63,305 nt of DNA, filler included, from Octopus bimaculoides (GCF_001194135.2; 4 parts of 4 records of this genome joined end to end with filler, not necessarily neighbours in it), one strand, 5' to 3'. Positions 1-13,396 are shown, counted from the first letter of the whole stretch. Made by a program: numbers and translations. The notes: generated by a model from the letters alone, not told the origin.

Positions 1-560
1 AACTTTGGAGGTGATGACCGCCAGTGAGACCAGGATTTCCGACACACACGATCTAGCCCTATTTTAATATCTACGCATCTCTTAGTCAACATGGAATATG
101 AGGTGCATTGGCAGCGCTGTTTAAAGGCATGGATCCAGATGGTGGTTCTGTATACGAGCGTTAGCGAAGGCAGTGCTTCTGGACTCGTCGCTGTGGACGC
201 CTGAACAGGGGTGGGGGCAGAGAGATTTCCTCAGACGTTCGAGGATTTTCTTGAGACGTCTAGATCTTTAGTGCTAGTCGGCGATTGGAACGCTATCTTG
301 GACGCACGCCTGAATAGGTTGGGGGCAGCCGATATGACAGTTCAATTGCTTCCAACCGGCTCGTAGGTGCCGACTGGATTTTCCGAATGTCCTAAGGTGG
401 ACATGGGCAAACAGCCTGAGCGATACCTTACCTGCAGACAGCTTTTATTTGCACTGATTCTGTATTCCTTCGCTCGACATCAGAGTGTAAGTACATGATC
501 CCTTTCTAAGCACTTACTGACTGCATCTATTATACGCCAAGTTTTCTTACCTATGACGTA
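1..560 (+). mobile_element. Degraded L1/Tx1-clade non-LTR retrotransposon, APE endonuclease fragment
   Basis: Frame from 241 reads EDFLETSRSLVLVGDWNAILDARLNR (GDxN motif of APE endonucleases). It is preceded by EGSASGLVAVDA*TG (degenerate xAVYAP motif) and followed by a WTWAN-like segment; stops and frameshifts present. Confidence 0.8.
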
Positions 561-583
561 TATAGATATAGAAAGACAGACAG

Positions 584-681
<98 letters not shown>

Positions 682-688
682 TAGATAT
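584..688. repeat. (GATA)n/(GACA)n microsatellite
   Basis: Direct reading. Confidence 0.97.
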
Positions 689-2984
689 ACATTTATTTAT
701 TTCTATAAATATAAAAATAAATATGTTTTATTATNNNNNNNNNNNNNNNNNNNNNNNNNNNNNNNNNNNNNNNNNNNNNNNNNNNNNNNNNNNNNNNNNN
801 NNNNNNNNNNNNNNNNNNNNNNNNNNNNNNNNNNNNNNNNNNNNNNNNNNNNNNNNNNNNNNNNNNNNNNNNNNNNNNNNNNNNNNNNNNNNNNNNNNNN
901 NNNNNNNNNNNNNNNNNNNNNNNNNNNNNNNNNNNNNNNNNNNNNNNNNNNNNNNNNNNNNNNNNNNNNNNNNNNNNNNNNNNNNNNNNNNNNNNNNNNN
1001 NNNNNNNNNNNNNNNNNNNNNNNNNNNNNNNNNNNNNNNNNNNNNNNNNNNNNNNNNNNNNNNNNNNNNNNNNNNNNNNNNNNNNNNNNNNNNNNNNNNN
1101 NNNNNNNNNNNNNNNNNNNNNNNNNNNAGTCATAAATACTTCGAACTCCCTACGAGATCGAATGGTTTTACTATTATTATTATTTTCCTTTTTTTTTTGT
1201 ATTTTCCTCAACTCCAAGTGAGATTCATTTGCCAAATTCGTTATCATGTCTATACCCTCATAAAAAAAAACATTAGAATATATTTAAAACTATATATATA
1301 TGAATACGGAAGTCAATTAGTCTCAAGATGGAAAATTATAAAATATTTTCTGGCTTTCCTTACTTTTTTTTTCTATTTTTATCTTGTTTGTTATTGTTTG
1401 ATTTTGTTTAATATTTTTATTTCTATTTTCTTCTTTGCCGCCGATTGTTTATGAGATTAAAACTGGAATAAATGTACATTACGTGCAATATGAAAAGTTG
1501 TTGTTGTTTTTGTAGTTGTTATTGTTGTTATTTTTGTTGTTATCGTTGTTGTTGTTGCTGTTTCTGTTGTTCTTGTTAGTGTACTACATCAACTCTGAAA
1601 TGAAACAGACATTTTGTCAACTCCCTAACTAATCTCAAGAGTATATAGGAGAAAGTTAACTTATATGTTCTTCCATTTTCTTACACGGCATCGCGTGCTA
1701 TTTGAAGATGATACAGTTTTTATTTGTAGCAGATCTAATCACAATCTAAAAGGCTTCTTCCCTGTCTCGTAAATTCAGGTTACTACAGGCTTAGAAATCA
1801 GCTTGTTGTAGCTAAAAACATCGAACCATTTATTACATTTACTACTTTCTAGGATTTACTAACCGAAAGTGTGGATGAGTTGGCAATCTGGATGACATGT
1901 TACGCGAAATATTAGTTGTTTTTCTACATACTCGGTCTGAATTCTGCTACCTTAGACCTTTTCTTTTATTTTTACATGATCGATAAATGAAGGCATTAAT
2001 TAATTCCAGGAATCAATTAATTCTTTTAACCACTCAGTTTCGAACAAAAATAGTGCCCACAAATTTTAAAAGCCCTCCCAAAGTGTATTGATTTCGTTGA
2101 TGTTTCATGTAAGCTGCTGTAAATCTACACCTACATCCCTGCAGGTATTATCACGTAGTGGTTTTCCAAGTAGTGTAGTGTAAAAGCAAGAGTCCGGTGG
2201 GACGGAAGCACTGGAGACAAAAGTTAATGAGACGGAAAAGTTAGAAATAACCACAGTCATGAGAAATACAGAGACAACTTGCGGTGCTAGAGAAACAGTC
2301 AGTTCCGAAAAACGGTGAGCTTTATGGTAGATGGTGGTAGACATTATTAGCCAGTTCCGAGGAACAAGGGCCATTTTATAAGTGGGTGAAGATATGAAAG
2401 CAACTAGTAACAAGAGGTCATTATAATAGCGAATAACGAACGAGATCAGCCAGTTGTGAGAAACAGGCCATTAGCCATATTCTCTAATAAAAGAATATAT
2501 TAATAACATTCATATATTTAGCCCTTGTGACAATTTCTGTTAGAGAAGTGCGTTTCTAAAATTTATAGGGCTATAATGTCTTCATTTTCTAACAAGGTTT
2601 TCCCTTGTGGGAAGTCACTGACATGTTCAGATAATGCCAGTATGAATAAATTGACACCATTTTTATTGTTGTCATTAATAGTATTTAAGCTATTGTTGTG
2701 TCTAGGACAATGTATGGCAGGCTTGTTAAATGACTGACAGAATTCCTTGCATTTTTTAATAGTTTACAGCACTGTCCACATCAAATTTATTTTAAAAGAA
2801 ACTATTCATGATTTTGTCTTTTATCCATCGATAAAATTATGATCCAGTGAAGCAATGGCACAATTTCATGGATGATTCACGTTTGTAAAACTGGAGACTT
2901 TGTATCAATTTTCGATAGCATATTTAGTAGCTAGAGCCCCTGGAGACATCAAGTTATAAAAAATATATTCGTTTCTATTTTGTA

Positions 2985-3204
2985 GGAGGGGGTGCGGAAT
3001 GGTCTCTGGCTTTGGATGAAAGAATGTACAGGAAGGTTTGTTAATTATGGTTTTATTCAACATACGATTCCCCTTTCAAATTCATACACTTATTGCAGCA
3101 ATCCTTCAGTTTTTCTAAACCCTGTAAAAGAACTCGAAAGGTTGGGCCTCCAACCAAGCCTTTCGCGATTCCCTTAAATCCAGGAACTTTACAGCTCCCC
3201 CTCG
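2985..3204 (+). mobile_element. Mariner-type MITE (~220 bp), copy 1
   Basis: Imperfect TIRs gagggggtgcggaatggtctctggcttt / aaatccaggaactttacagctccccctc, TA at left; homologous to 30978-31186 and 51604-51819. Confidence 0.75.
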
Positions 3205-3233
3205 TGTATCTTTGCAGATTTTCATCACAAATA

Positions 3234-3732
3234 CAGTAATACCTCGCCCTATCGCAATTTATTATCTAAGCTTACGTCGATTCCTCTGTAGTGTTGTTTT
3301 GCATTTATAATAAGATAAACGGAGATGTACTTGCATAGCAAGTGACCTGATCTGAGACGGTGTGCTGGAACGAAAACAATTGCAGCGTGGAAGGTGATTA
3401 TAAGCCATTTAAGAAACACATAAAAACCGTTGCATTCACTTCAGCCTTTAAATTTAATTTGCCAAAATATTTTCGTCGCTTTGAGACCGCGACCTGTTCA
3501 CTGACAAAATTCTGTGCAGCACGGAATTTTGTCCGTGAACAGATCGCTGTCTCAAAGCGACGAAAATATTTTGGCAAATTAAATTTAAATGCTGAAGTGA
3601 ATCTAATAAAATTAACATATAGAAATTATGAAATAATTTTTAAAAACATACAGTACTGTTTCTTCTTCGAGGATTTTCACCTATCGCGGCGTGTTTCGCA
3701 ACTTAACACTCGCGACAGTCGAGGGATTACTG
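3234..3732 (-). mobile_element. pogo/Tigger-like MITE interrupted by a palindromic element
   Basis: TA|cagtaatacctcg ... cgagggattactg|TA ends; both halves align to the uninterrupted copy at 16450-16688 in the opposite orientation. Confidence 0.75.
3320..3605. mobile_element. Palindromic (foldback) MITE-like element, one outer arm truncated; central 169-bp hairpin 3434-3602
   Basis: Arms 3434-3517 and 3519-3602 are reverse complements with 5 mismatches and a 1-nt loop. Confidence 0.75.
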
Positions 3733-3759
3733 TATTTTAATTATTTTGAAGGTTTCGAC

Positions 3760-4200
3760 TATGTCTCTCATTTACTTCCATAGTAACACGTGTGGTTCTT
3801 TCATTAAGATGTCAATTACATCTCGGATTTAGTTCCACAATTAAAGGTTGTTGACAGTGCCACTCTCAAACTTCATTCATTATGGTAAAGATGACGTGTA
3901 TGCCTTTAATTTGCTTCCATAGTTAAATACTATTTAAAGAGTTTCACTCGAACTTGTTTCATTATGTCATAGATGTCAACTACGTCTTCGTTTGCTTCCA
4001 TAATTAAAGAGTATCTAAAGTATTATACTCAAACTTATTTCGTTACAATAAATATGTCGCTTATGTCTTCCATTAGTTTCCATAGTTAAAATTTCTTTAA
4101 ACATTAACACTTGAATTTGTCTCATTATGCTAAAGATGTCGATTATGTCTCCCATTTTCATTCCATATTCAAAGCTATTAAGAATATTACACTTCCCTGA
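3760..4200. repeat. Degenerate tandem array, 81-82-bp period
   Basis: Unit starts at 3808, 3890, 3972, 4053 and 4135; recurring blocks gatgtc, ttccata(g/a)ttaaa, ctcaaactt, cattat. Confidence 0.85.
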
Positions 4201-4372
4201 TGTTACTCTTACGGCTTTGAATTACTCAGTATTAATATACCAGCTTGTAGTCAAATGGAAATGGAATAATTCACAGCGAAATATCCTGATTATGAAAGCA
4301 TCAAATCGCCAATTATATAATACTAATGCCTTCTGAGTGAATTTGAGAGATGGAAAATGTGTAGAGGACCGT

Positions 4373-4413
<41 letters not shown>

Positions 4414-4519
4414 CTTGTCGGCTCTGCAAGTCCGACCGATAGAATAAGTATCAGACATTCAAAACAAAATAAAATTATAAATATCGGGTTCGCTTTGCCT
4501 GTACAGGTGCACAGCGATC

Positions 4520-4630
4520 AGATCGCTGCAAAATGAACTATACTTGCTCAAGAACGTAATGTAAAAGGATTGAAATCAGGATCATGCGACCGTGAGTGCA
4601 GCATCCCTAACCACTTGGTCAGGTGCCTTT
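4520..4630 (-). mobile_element. Old tRNA-derived SINE head (family E)
   Basis: Reverse complement resembles the head at 41585-41810 (agtggttaggg...cgtggtttc...gttcttgagcaag). Confidence 0.45.
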
Positions 4631-4901
4631 AGCTGCCATCATATTCCTCACATATTATTGATATTTTTGGTTCATATAAGGCGACAAAATTTCATATCTG
4701 ACGCACGTACACAAATACATAAAATACAAAACTGGTTTTGAAACAATTTACATTAATTAAGATTGTAAATCAATATCGTGGACCAATCTGATAAATTATT
4801 CAATCAAAGCTGATTCCGCAACTTTCACCTTATATTCAAAATTAGATTAGATATAAATGTGTATTTTTAATCACCTCCAATAAAACCGATCCTAATTTCA
4901 G

Positions 4902-4938
<37 letters not shown>

Positions 4939-6027
4939 NNNNNNNNNNNNNNNNNNNNNNAGTAAACTTTGTTATGATCTGATGATCTGCGAGAACATTC
5001 GATGAATTGAAATTCATTGTGTGATGACATTCATAAGCTATTGTGTTGCTGGATCGATAATGAGAAGTTTGTATTTCATGAGAAATACAGTTTGATAGTT
5101 ATATTTGCTTCGCATTTGCGTCATTTACCCTTGAAATAAGGAGAAACATAATTTCATTGCTGTCATTTATGCAACAAATCTTGCAGTTTATTGACACGAT
5201 TTTTTTTTTGTCTTCGCAACAGAACATCNNNNNNNNNNNNNNNNNNNNNNNNNNNNNNNNNNNNNNNNNNNNNNNNNNNNNNNNNNNNNNNNNNNNNNNN
5301 NNNNNNNNNNNNNNNNNNNNNNNNNNNNNNNNNNNNNNNNNNNNNNNNNNNNNNNNNNNNNNNNNNNNNNNNNNNNNNNNNNNNNNNNNNNNNNNNNNNN
5401 NNNNNNNNNNNNNNNNNNNNNNNNNNNNNNNNNNNNNNNNNNNNNNNNNNNNNNNNNNNNNNNNNNNNNNNNNNNNNNNNNNNNNNNNNNNNNNNNNNNN
5501 NNNNNNNNNNNNNNNNNNNNNNNNNNNNNNNNNNNNNNNNNNNNNNNNNNNNNNNNNNNNNNNNNNNNNNNNNNNNNNNNNNNNNNNNNNNNNNNNNNNN
5601 NNNNNNNNNNNNNNNNNNNNNNNNNNNNNNNNNNNNNNNNNNNNNNNNNNNNNNNNNNNNNNNNNNNNNNNNNNNNNNNNNNNNNNNNNNNNNNNNNNNN
5701 NNNNNNNNNNNNNNNNNNNNNNNNNNNNNNNNNNNNNNNNNNNNNNNNNNNNNNNNNNNNNNNNNNNNNNNNNNNNNNNNNNNNNNNNNNNNNNNNNNNN
5801 NNNNNNNNNNNNNNNNNNNNNNNNNNNNNNNNNNNNNNNNNNNNNNNNNNNNNNNNNNNNNNNNNNNNNNNNNNNNNNNNNNNNNNNNNNNNNNNNNNNN
5901 NNNNNNNNNNNNNNNNNNNNNNNNNNNNNNNNNNNNNNNNNNNNNNNNNNNNNNNNNNNNNNNNNNNNNNNNNNNNNNNNNNNNNNNNNNNNNNNNNNNN
6001 NNNNNNNNNNNNNNNNNNNNNNNNNNN

Positions 6028-6065
<38 letters not shown>

Positions 6066-6970
6066 ATCTGGCTTTTACTGTTGTATTATTCCATACGTTT
6101 TTGCGTATATCTATATCAGGTCTTCTTTCCTTTTATTAGTTTTTCGTTTGCTCTCTGATTGCTCATATTAACTCCATAGGAATCTTTCAAGAAACAAAAG
6201 CGCAAATAAATGAAGAATATTTGTGAAAAATTCCATTAACATCGACTACTTCTTACGGCGTATGGTACTGAATATTTAGTATACCTTAAGTGTAACTGAG
6301 TAATAATCATTAAATAAACGTTATCTTATATAAACTCAGTAAGTTTTATTACACCCAATCAGCGTCTTGTACGTCAATATTTCAGCGTTAAAGCAAAAAA
6401 AATGTCTGCCAGTTAAGCCCGTACATGAAACTAATGTAGTTGTTTGACATTCAATTCACGATATATGCTCTCACCTATATAGTTAATCATCCATTAAGTG
6501 ATATCTCTCATGTTATTAACGCTATTATTTGACAACAGACAGATTGTCTGTCTGTGTAACGGTAACAATGCTGGCAAATTCACTTTATTTTTCTATCAAT
6601 TCGCGATGGTGCATCCTAGCTATATACGAACAAAAGACAAAGTGGAATCTCGGCTTGAACAAACTTATTGTACAATAAACAATGTTGGAGCAAAAGAGTA
6701 ACAAAACTGATTTTTAAAAACGGTTTGTATAGTCATGGTCTCAACAGAAAGGAATATATTAATTCAATTTTTGATTTATTTCTTTATTCGTGTATTGTTT
6801 TATCTTATGTATTTCATTTATTTATTTAGATTGGATTGGATTCTAATTGTTTCTTACAAGCAAAAAAAATAATAAAACGAATGGCAACGAAAAAATGTTA
6901 ATTGATAGAAGAGAGGTGATTCAGAAAGCGTATAGTCCACAGAGTACAGTTTGATTGAAATAAAACGTAT

Positions 6971-7023
<53 letters not shown>
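6971..7023. repeat. (TAA)n microsatellite
   Basis: Direct reading. Confidence 0.97.
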
Positions 7024-7024
<1 letters not shown>

Positions 7025-7039
7025 GTAATGTTTTCAATT

Positions 7040-7155
7040 TTTCCTACAAGAGCGCTCCTTTTTGGTAGGGAGAAAATGAGTCGATTACATCGATCCCAGT
7101 GTTCAACTGGTGCTTATTTTATCGACCCCGAAAGGTTGAATGGTAAAGTCGACTT
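7040..7155 (-). mobile_element. SINE family B fragment (tail type 2)
   Basis: gtcgattacatcgatcccag...ttatcgaccccgaaagg...aaagtcgac core shared with other B copies. Confidence 0.75.
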
Positions 7156-7156
7156 C

Positions 7157-7202
7157 TACTACAACTACTACTTCTACGACTACTACTACTACTACTACTA
7201 CA

Positions 7203-7257
<55 letters not shown>

Positions 7258-7275
7258 TTACTACTACTACTACTA
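7157..7275. repeat. (CTA)n microsatellite
   Basis: Direct reading; source of the poly-Y and poly-V ORFs in the track. Confidence 0.97.
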
Positions 7276-7675
7276 TATTATTTATCGACGAAAAATGACA
7301 ACTCCTAACTAACACCTTGGCAAAACTATTTCTGTGTTTATCAGAATTGTGGGCCAGTTGTTAAGAACCTTCCCTGATCATCGGTTCCTTTGCCAGCAGT
7401 AGTATTATCCCTGAATTTTGCAGGAATGGATATAGATACACACACACACACACACACGCTCATAAATTTACACTCGCCCACGAAGCTTTACGTCATGGTA
7501 GCTCCGAACAAATGTGTTGGGAGATTTAATTTGTTGGTTCACACACACGTATATAGACAATTAGATACATACGTACATACATACATACATACATACATAC
7601 ATAAGTAACCTGCTGCATAATGCTAATTTGAATTTGAAATATGCTAATTCTTAATTTAGTCACATGCATGAGTTC

Positions 7676-7716
<41 letters not shown>

Positions 7717-7736
7717 TGTGTGTGTGNNNNNNNNNN

Positions 7737-7794
<58 letters not shown>

Positions 7795-9347
7795 TTGCAG
7801 CTGCGTAGCTGTTTCTACTCGCATTTATATGTGTGTGTGTATGTGCCTATGTGTATATGCTTCTTCGTGTGTGCACGAAAAAGATAGGTAGATGAGGAGA
7901 TGGATAAAAAGAGGAAGTGTAGGAGGGAGATAAATAAGTAATGAAAGACAAATTGTGTATTGTCTTAGAAAATCTATAAATAAGACTTTATAAATTTATA
8001 TCGAAGATTACAATTCCGTTTCTATTATTCACAACTTCTCTCATTATTTCTAATGATCGAAAATCGTAAAAATAATTCCTAAATTATATTATATAAATAA
8101 TAATATTATATAAATAATATGTATTTTCAGTTAAAACAGTTTAAATTCTTCCATATTGCTTTTTCTCTTAAATACAAAGAAAATGGAAATAAATATGAAC
8201 AAAAGTCGCATGAAAAATTTTTTTTCGTTTTAAAGCGTTTAAAATTTTAACTGTAAAAGTAACTAAAATTAATAAATGAAACGTTAATCTGATTTCGTTT
8301 GTTGTTAGTTTATTTACGTTTAAGCCTAATAAGAACTAAATATGATATTTGAAATAGAAATTACATAATTGAGAATGTGTGGCAGTAAATTGATATTGTA
8401 TGCAAGGTATAGAACAGAAGAGGAAGAAACAGAAAAGAAAGAACGAGTAAGAGAGAGAGAGAAATAGATAGAGTGAGAGAACAAAAGAGAGGGGTTGGAC
8501 AGGGGAAGAGAGTAGAAAGACGATTAGTGGATTTTTCAAAATATTTACCAAATGTCATGCAATTAATTCTAAAGTAGGTGTGTTTAAGAAAGAAAGCAAT
8601 GAAAGCAGAACCCGAGATAAAAGAAGCGATTGATTTTAATGAATATTAGCACATAAAATTAATTAAAAAATAAATATTTTCTTATTTCTCGGAACAATAA
8701 TAATGATAACAAGCGAACTACTTATCTATCGGATTATTGTGAAATTTGATACAAGTTCAATTTATATTTGTGCAGAAGATACGGTAGTTGTCGAACCGAC
8801 AATCAGAATTGACTCTGTTCCCTCTGTGCTTCGAGTTCAAATTCTAACCGCAGTTTCTTTTTCTCTATCGGAGGTTAGCTTTTGATTTAGTCCCTGATCT
8901 ACCTGTTCTACTCGGTATATCTAGATCCTGAATAGCGGTTTCTTTATAACGAACAGAGTTTCTCGTAAGCATCCGTTTGGTGATTGGTTTGCATCAATGT
9001 AAATAACGGTAGCATTATGAAAACTGCTGCTTTCCGTTGCGGGGCCTTAAGACCAAACCCTCACTGAGTAAGGCCGGATGCGATATCACTTTGAACTGAT
9101 TCTACCAATCCACTGTCGTACGTCTCGTATGCAAGAATGGATTTAGTGAATGAATTTAGTAACACTAATGAATTGAGAAGCAGGAAGGAATATTTTGTCA
9201 GTGATGCCTTTCCGAGGTTTCATATCAAAGTAGATAAAATAAAGGAAAACTTTATTGCTGGAACTCAACTCGAAACCGGGTCAGGAATTTGATTAATAGA
9301 GACTTTACTGCTTATCAAGAGCGCTAAAGAGGTCGACACATATAATA

Positions 9348-9567
9348 GCCACAGGGGGCTAAACATAGAGGGGACAAACATGGACAGACAAAGGGATTAA
9401 GTCGATTACATCGACCCCAGTGCGTAACTGGTATTGTATTTAATCGATTCCGAAAGGATGAAAGGCAAAGTCGACCTCAGAGGAATTTGAACTCAGAACG
9501 TAACAGCAGACGAAATCCCGCTAAGCGCTTTCGCTCGACGTGCTAACGATTCTGCTAGCTCGCCGCC
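9348..9567 (-). mobile_element. SINE family B, near full length (tail type 1)
   Basis: On the minus strand: Pol III A/B-box-like head (gagctagcagaatcgttag...gagttcaaattcc), core gtcgactttgcctttcatcctttcg, tail ...tttagccccctgtggc. Confidence 0.85.
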
Positions 9568-10329
9568 CTTCAACATATATAATATAGTTATCTCGAAAAT
9601 GGCTATGAAGCGTGTTGTTTATTTTGAGACAACCCAGGTTAGTTCAGTATAATTTAATTGTTTTCTCTTGTTGGTTCTATAAATTACAGAACTAATCAAA
9701 GATAATTATTGCTATAAAGCAAATATAGATTCTTTACAAATATATTTATTCACAAAAGCAATGATATAATTAGTGTCTTTAACAACTCTGTTCATATTGT
9801 CTTGTATATGATGTCATTGATGCTGATTTTGCTATTATATTAATTTGGCCGAACAAGAGACAGCAGTGACGTTGACCTTTCGTGGTTCTCATAGACTGGG
9901 AAAAGACATGCGACTGGGAAAATATCTGTGAAAGGAAATAACTCAAAATTGCAAGATATTTTGTAACATTTTGCAGATTCTGAGTTACGAATGTGGATAT
10001 ATTTACGAGAATAACTTAATGTCGCAAAGCATTCGACGCTCTAACAATCCTGCAAAACAACCCCAATGCCCTGAGTTTCGTACGCAAGCAGGGAATTAAA
10101 AATACTACGGAAATAAGAGATAGAAAGGGATAGTTTGCCGTTCATCCCTTTCCGAAACTTCATATTGAAGTCGGTGGATTAAATGGAATTTTTATTGCCA
10201 AAACTCAAATCGAAACCGTTTTATCAATTACTGCAATGCGTTTGTGTCTGACCTTTTTTTCTTTATTTTATTCTAGAGTCTCTATACACCCTTCAGCTTT
10301 ATGTCCAGGAAAAAAATGGCTTCAACATC

Positions 10330-10460
10330 TGACACAAGGCCAACAAATTTTAGGGGAGTGAGTTAAGGCGATTAGTTCGAACCAGTGTTCAACTGATACT
10401 TAACTTCATCTTGAAAGTCGACCGCGGTAAGATTTGAACCTTCACCATAAAGGCACGTAC
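10330..10460 (-). mobile_element. Old SINE family B fragment (tail type 2)
   Basis: Diverged match to 42485-42690 (acaaggcc...ggggag...aaagtcgacc...gatttgaac). Confidence 0.55.
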
Positions 10461-13396
10461 CTAAGTACAGCAACCGAATGTGTCCGATATTTCCTTTTCT
10501 TTTTCGTTTTTCTTATTCTGCCATCTACATACATATCGGTTTTCCGTTTATTATATGACTTATAATACAGTCGGATATAGATTTCAACTGATTACTCTCG
10601 TCTTAACGGTAAAAATCGATAGTGTTCCTTTTCAAACGAGATCAATGCTTCCCCTTTTTAAACTTTTGCTTTCATTTCGGAACAAGACAAGTCACAAAGA
10701 AGAGGCGAGGTTAAAAATGCCGAGGTGTAAGACGTAGAATTTTGTTCCACGAATATATATATACATATATATAAGGAGGACATTCTTGCTTTCCTTCTCC
10801 CAAAATTACTTCCTTTTTAGCTTTTTCAATACCATTTCCTACCTTCCTTACGGATATAAAACTATAATTCTTTACATAACACAATAGTAGTTTGTTTGAA
10901 AGTCTTAGAGAGCACACACTCTTCTCTATCTATAAATGTCTACAGTCTGGTATCTAAGAATTTCCACCTTGTTTCTCTTTCTGATTTTCCGGAATCATTA
11001 GAATGTATTTAAAAAAATAAAAGAATATTTTTTTTCCTTCAAATTGTAGATCTTGTTTCATTTCGTTTTATTTTTTTGTTTGGCTCATTTTCGTTTCGTT
11101 TCGTTTACTTTATATTTTTCGTTTTGTTTCTATTGTTTCCCTTTATAAAACTACAATCGATTTTTATCGTTCAACCACCTAAACTTGTAAGCAGGTAAAA
11201 ATCCGAGGCAAGTGAAATGATTGATTTTTTTTTAAATGATTGATTTTCTTTTTTTTCTGCTGCCCCCACCTCCTTTCTATTTATCAATCTATCTTTCCTT
11301 TGTATTTCTCCCCTTTTGTATCAATATTCAAAACAAGTCTAACAATTAGATGAATAAATAAGCAAATAAATGCACGCCTAAATAAAATAAATAGATAAAA
11401 AGTAAGTGCATAAGTTTAAAAAAATGTATTAAGCATGACGTTCATTTAACGAAACCTCCACTTGAACGATTTAACTCAAGATGAGGCTCCATACTTATTT
11501 GCTGCGGGACATTCATTTGCTTTGCATGTTTTAGTTTGAGTAGGAAAAAAGCTGAATAAATACATGAAACAAATAAAATAAAATGAAATAAATGAATAAA
11601 AAAGAACAAGCGGTAGACAATTTAAACTTTTTTGTAATAAAGTTAGTTCGTTTTGTGTGTAAGTGTGCCTGGTATTATTGTAAATGTTATTATTTTTATT
11701 TGGTAGAAACCGTTATTATTGTTATTATTTGGAATGAAAAAGAGAAAGAGAGAGAGAGAATGTTGATGAAGAGGAAAATATTCTCGACTACCGATAGAAG
11801 ATCAATTTAAACACGTATGTATTTTGGTTCATTTATTTTATTGCATCGATAATCAATTCGGCATTCAACTGAGACTGAACAGAATCTTCTTCCGTTATGT
11901 TACGTATATATTCACCGCTTCCCGTATCCCCACCACCACCAACAACAACAACAACATCAAGGCCAACTCTAAGAGTATCACCACCGCTAACACCACCGCT
12001 CATACTTTAACTATTATGTAACTGAACCGGCTAAAAGTCTGCCTATTTATTCAAGAGAAAGTAGTTTTGTAGTTACTTGATGGTTACAAAAACTACGTGA
12101 TTTTTTTTGCGATCTATAAATTATATTTAAAAACGAAAATTGATAAAGAATAAATTATTGAATAACTTAAAAAATAAATTACTCGTAAAATTCTGAGTAA
12201 ACAAAAAATAAAATATTTTATTTGATTTTAAATGTGTTTTGTCATCAATACAATCGTACTTCATTATATCGACATTGATTTCAATATACTGAGAACACAA
12301 TAACTTCATTCTAACGTTTCATTATACAAATTAATACAAGAAAAATTACTGAGAGGGGCAATTAAAAATTTTAATAATGTTTTATGGAGTTTATGAATAG
12401 TTTTTATGTGTTCGTTTGTCTGTTTGTGTTTTGTGTTTTCACTAAATCAAGATCTGGCATTATTGGTTTATGCTGTTAAAATTGTTGTGGAATATGGTGG
12501 GATGGGTTTGTATTTTTTTTTTTTTTTTTTGTAATAGTCACGATTTGAATAAAGTTTTCTGCTGAATCGGGGATTGCTCTGAAGTAAAACGAAAACAATA
12601 ACAATAACAATAAAAGTTACATTTTCATTTGACCCAGAATGTACGAAATGTATAATCGGCGTCAGCTGTATTTGAAACCTAAGGATATTTATAAAACAAA
12701 GAATAATATAGAGCAAGATTGGAAATCAAGGAAAAACGAACGAGCAGAGAAAAAAGGAAAGGTCAACAGGTGTGACAAAGTCGAGGAGCGATCGCAGAGA
12801 CCGTTACCATCATCTAGCAAGGAGGAGAAAGGACAGAAGAAAAAGGAAAATGTAAGAGATAATGAGAGACATACAGAGATAGGAATACCAGCAGCAGTAG
12901 AAGAGATTGGTGAAAGAAAACATAGTAACACCAAAAGGGAAAAATATAAGAACTATGATACAATACACAAAAAGTGTAGAGATAGAAAAAAAAGATTGTG
13001 AAAATGAAAAACGGAATTAGGATTAAATTGGCACCCATGGAATACAATCAAGGTAGGAAAGCGGTTCTGCTGGAAAGAGAAAGAGGGGAAAGATTGCAGG
13101 AGTTGTTTGGGGAACGGATAGAGGTGACAATGGTGTAATTTCGTTACGATGATTTGCCATGTAGTTACGATGAGTTACGGGGGTGGCATTCGAAGATTTA
13201 TTGGATTATATGGTGTAAATAGTGACTTTGTATTTAAACAAAAGGGGAAAAGAGGAAAACCAACAGATGCAAAAGAGGATTGTGAACTGTTAGTAAAACT
13301 TTATTTAAAAACAGCAAAACGAAACTTCCTGCTTATAGGGGGGAACAGGTAAGTCATTCCTTCCTCATTTTTTCATAATTTCATTCGATGTGTTTT

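Noticed and set aside
3760-4200. CRISPR-like or zinc-finger-like interpretation of the 82-bp array
   Set aside because: No identical direct repeats with unique spacers, no cas genes, eukaryotic context; period not divisible by 3 and no C2H2 pattern.
4509-4528. 8-bp-arm palindrome cagcgatc-a-gatcgctg
   Set aside because: Short enough to be expected by chance; no bacterial terminator context.
13330-13356. Possible micro-exon cttatag|gggggaacag|gtaagt and ORF 13149-13352
   Set aside because: Good donor but weak acceptor; no recognisable protein; such sites occur by chance in 63 kb.
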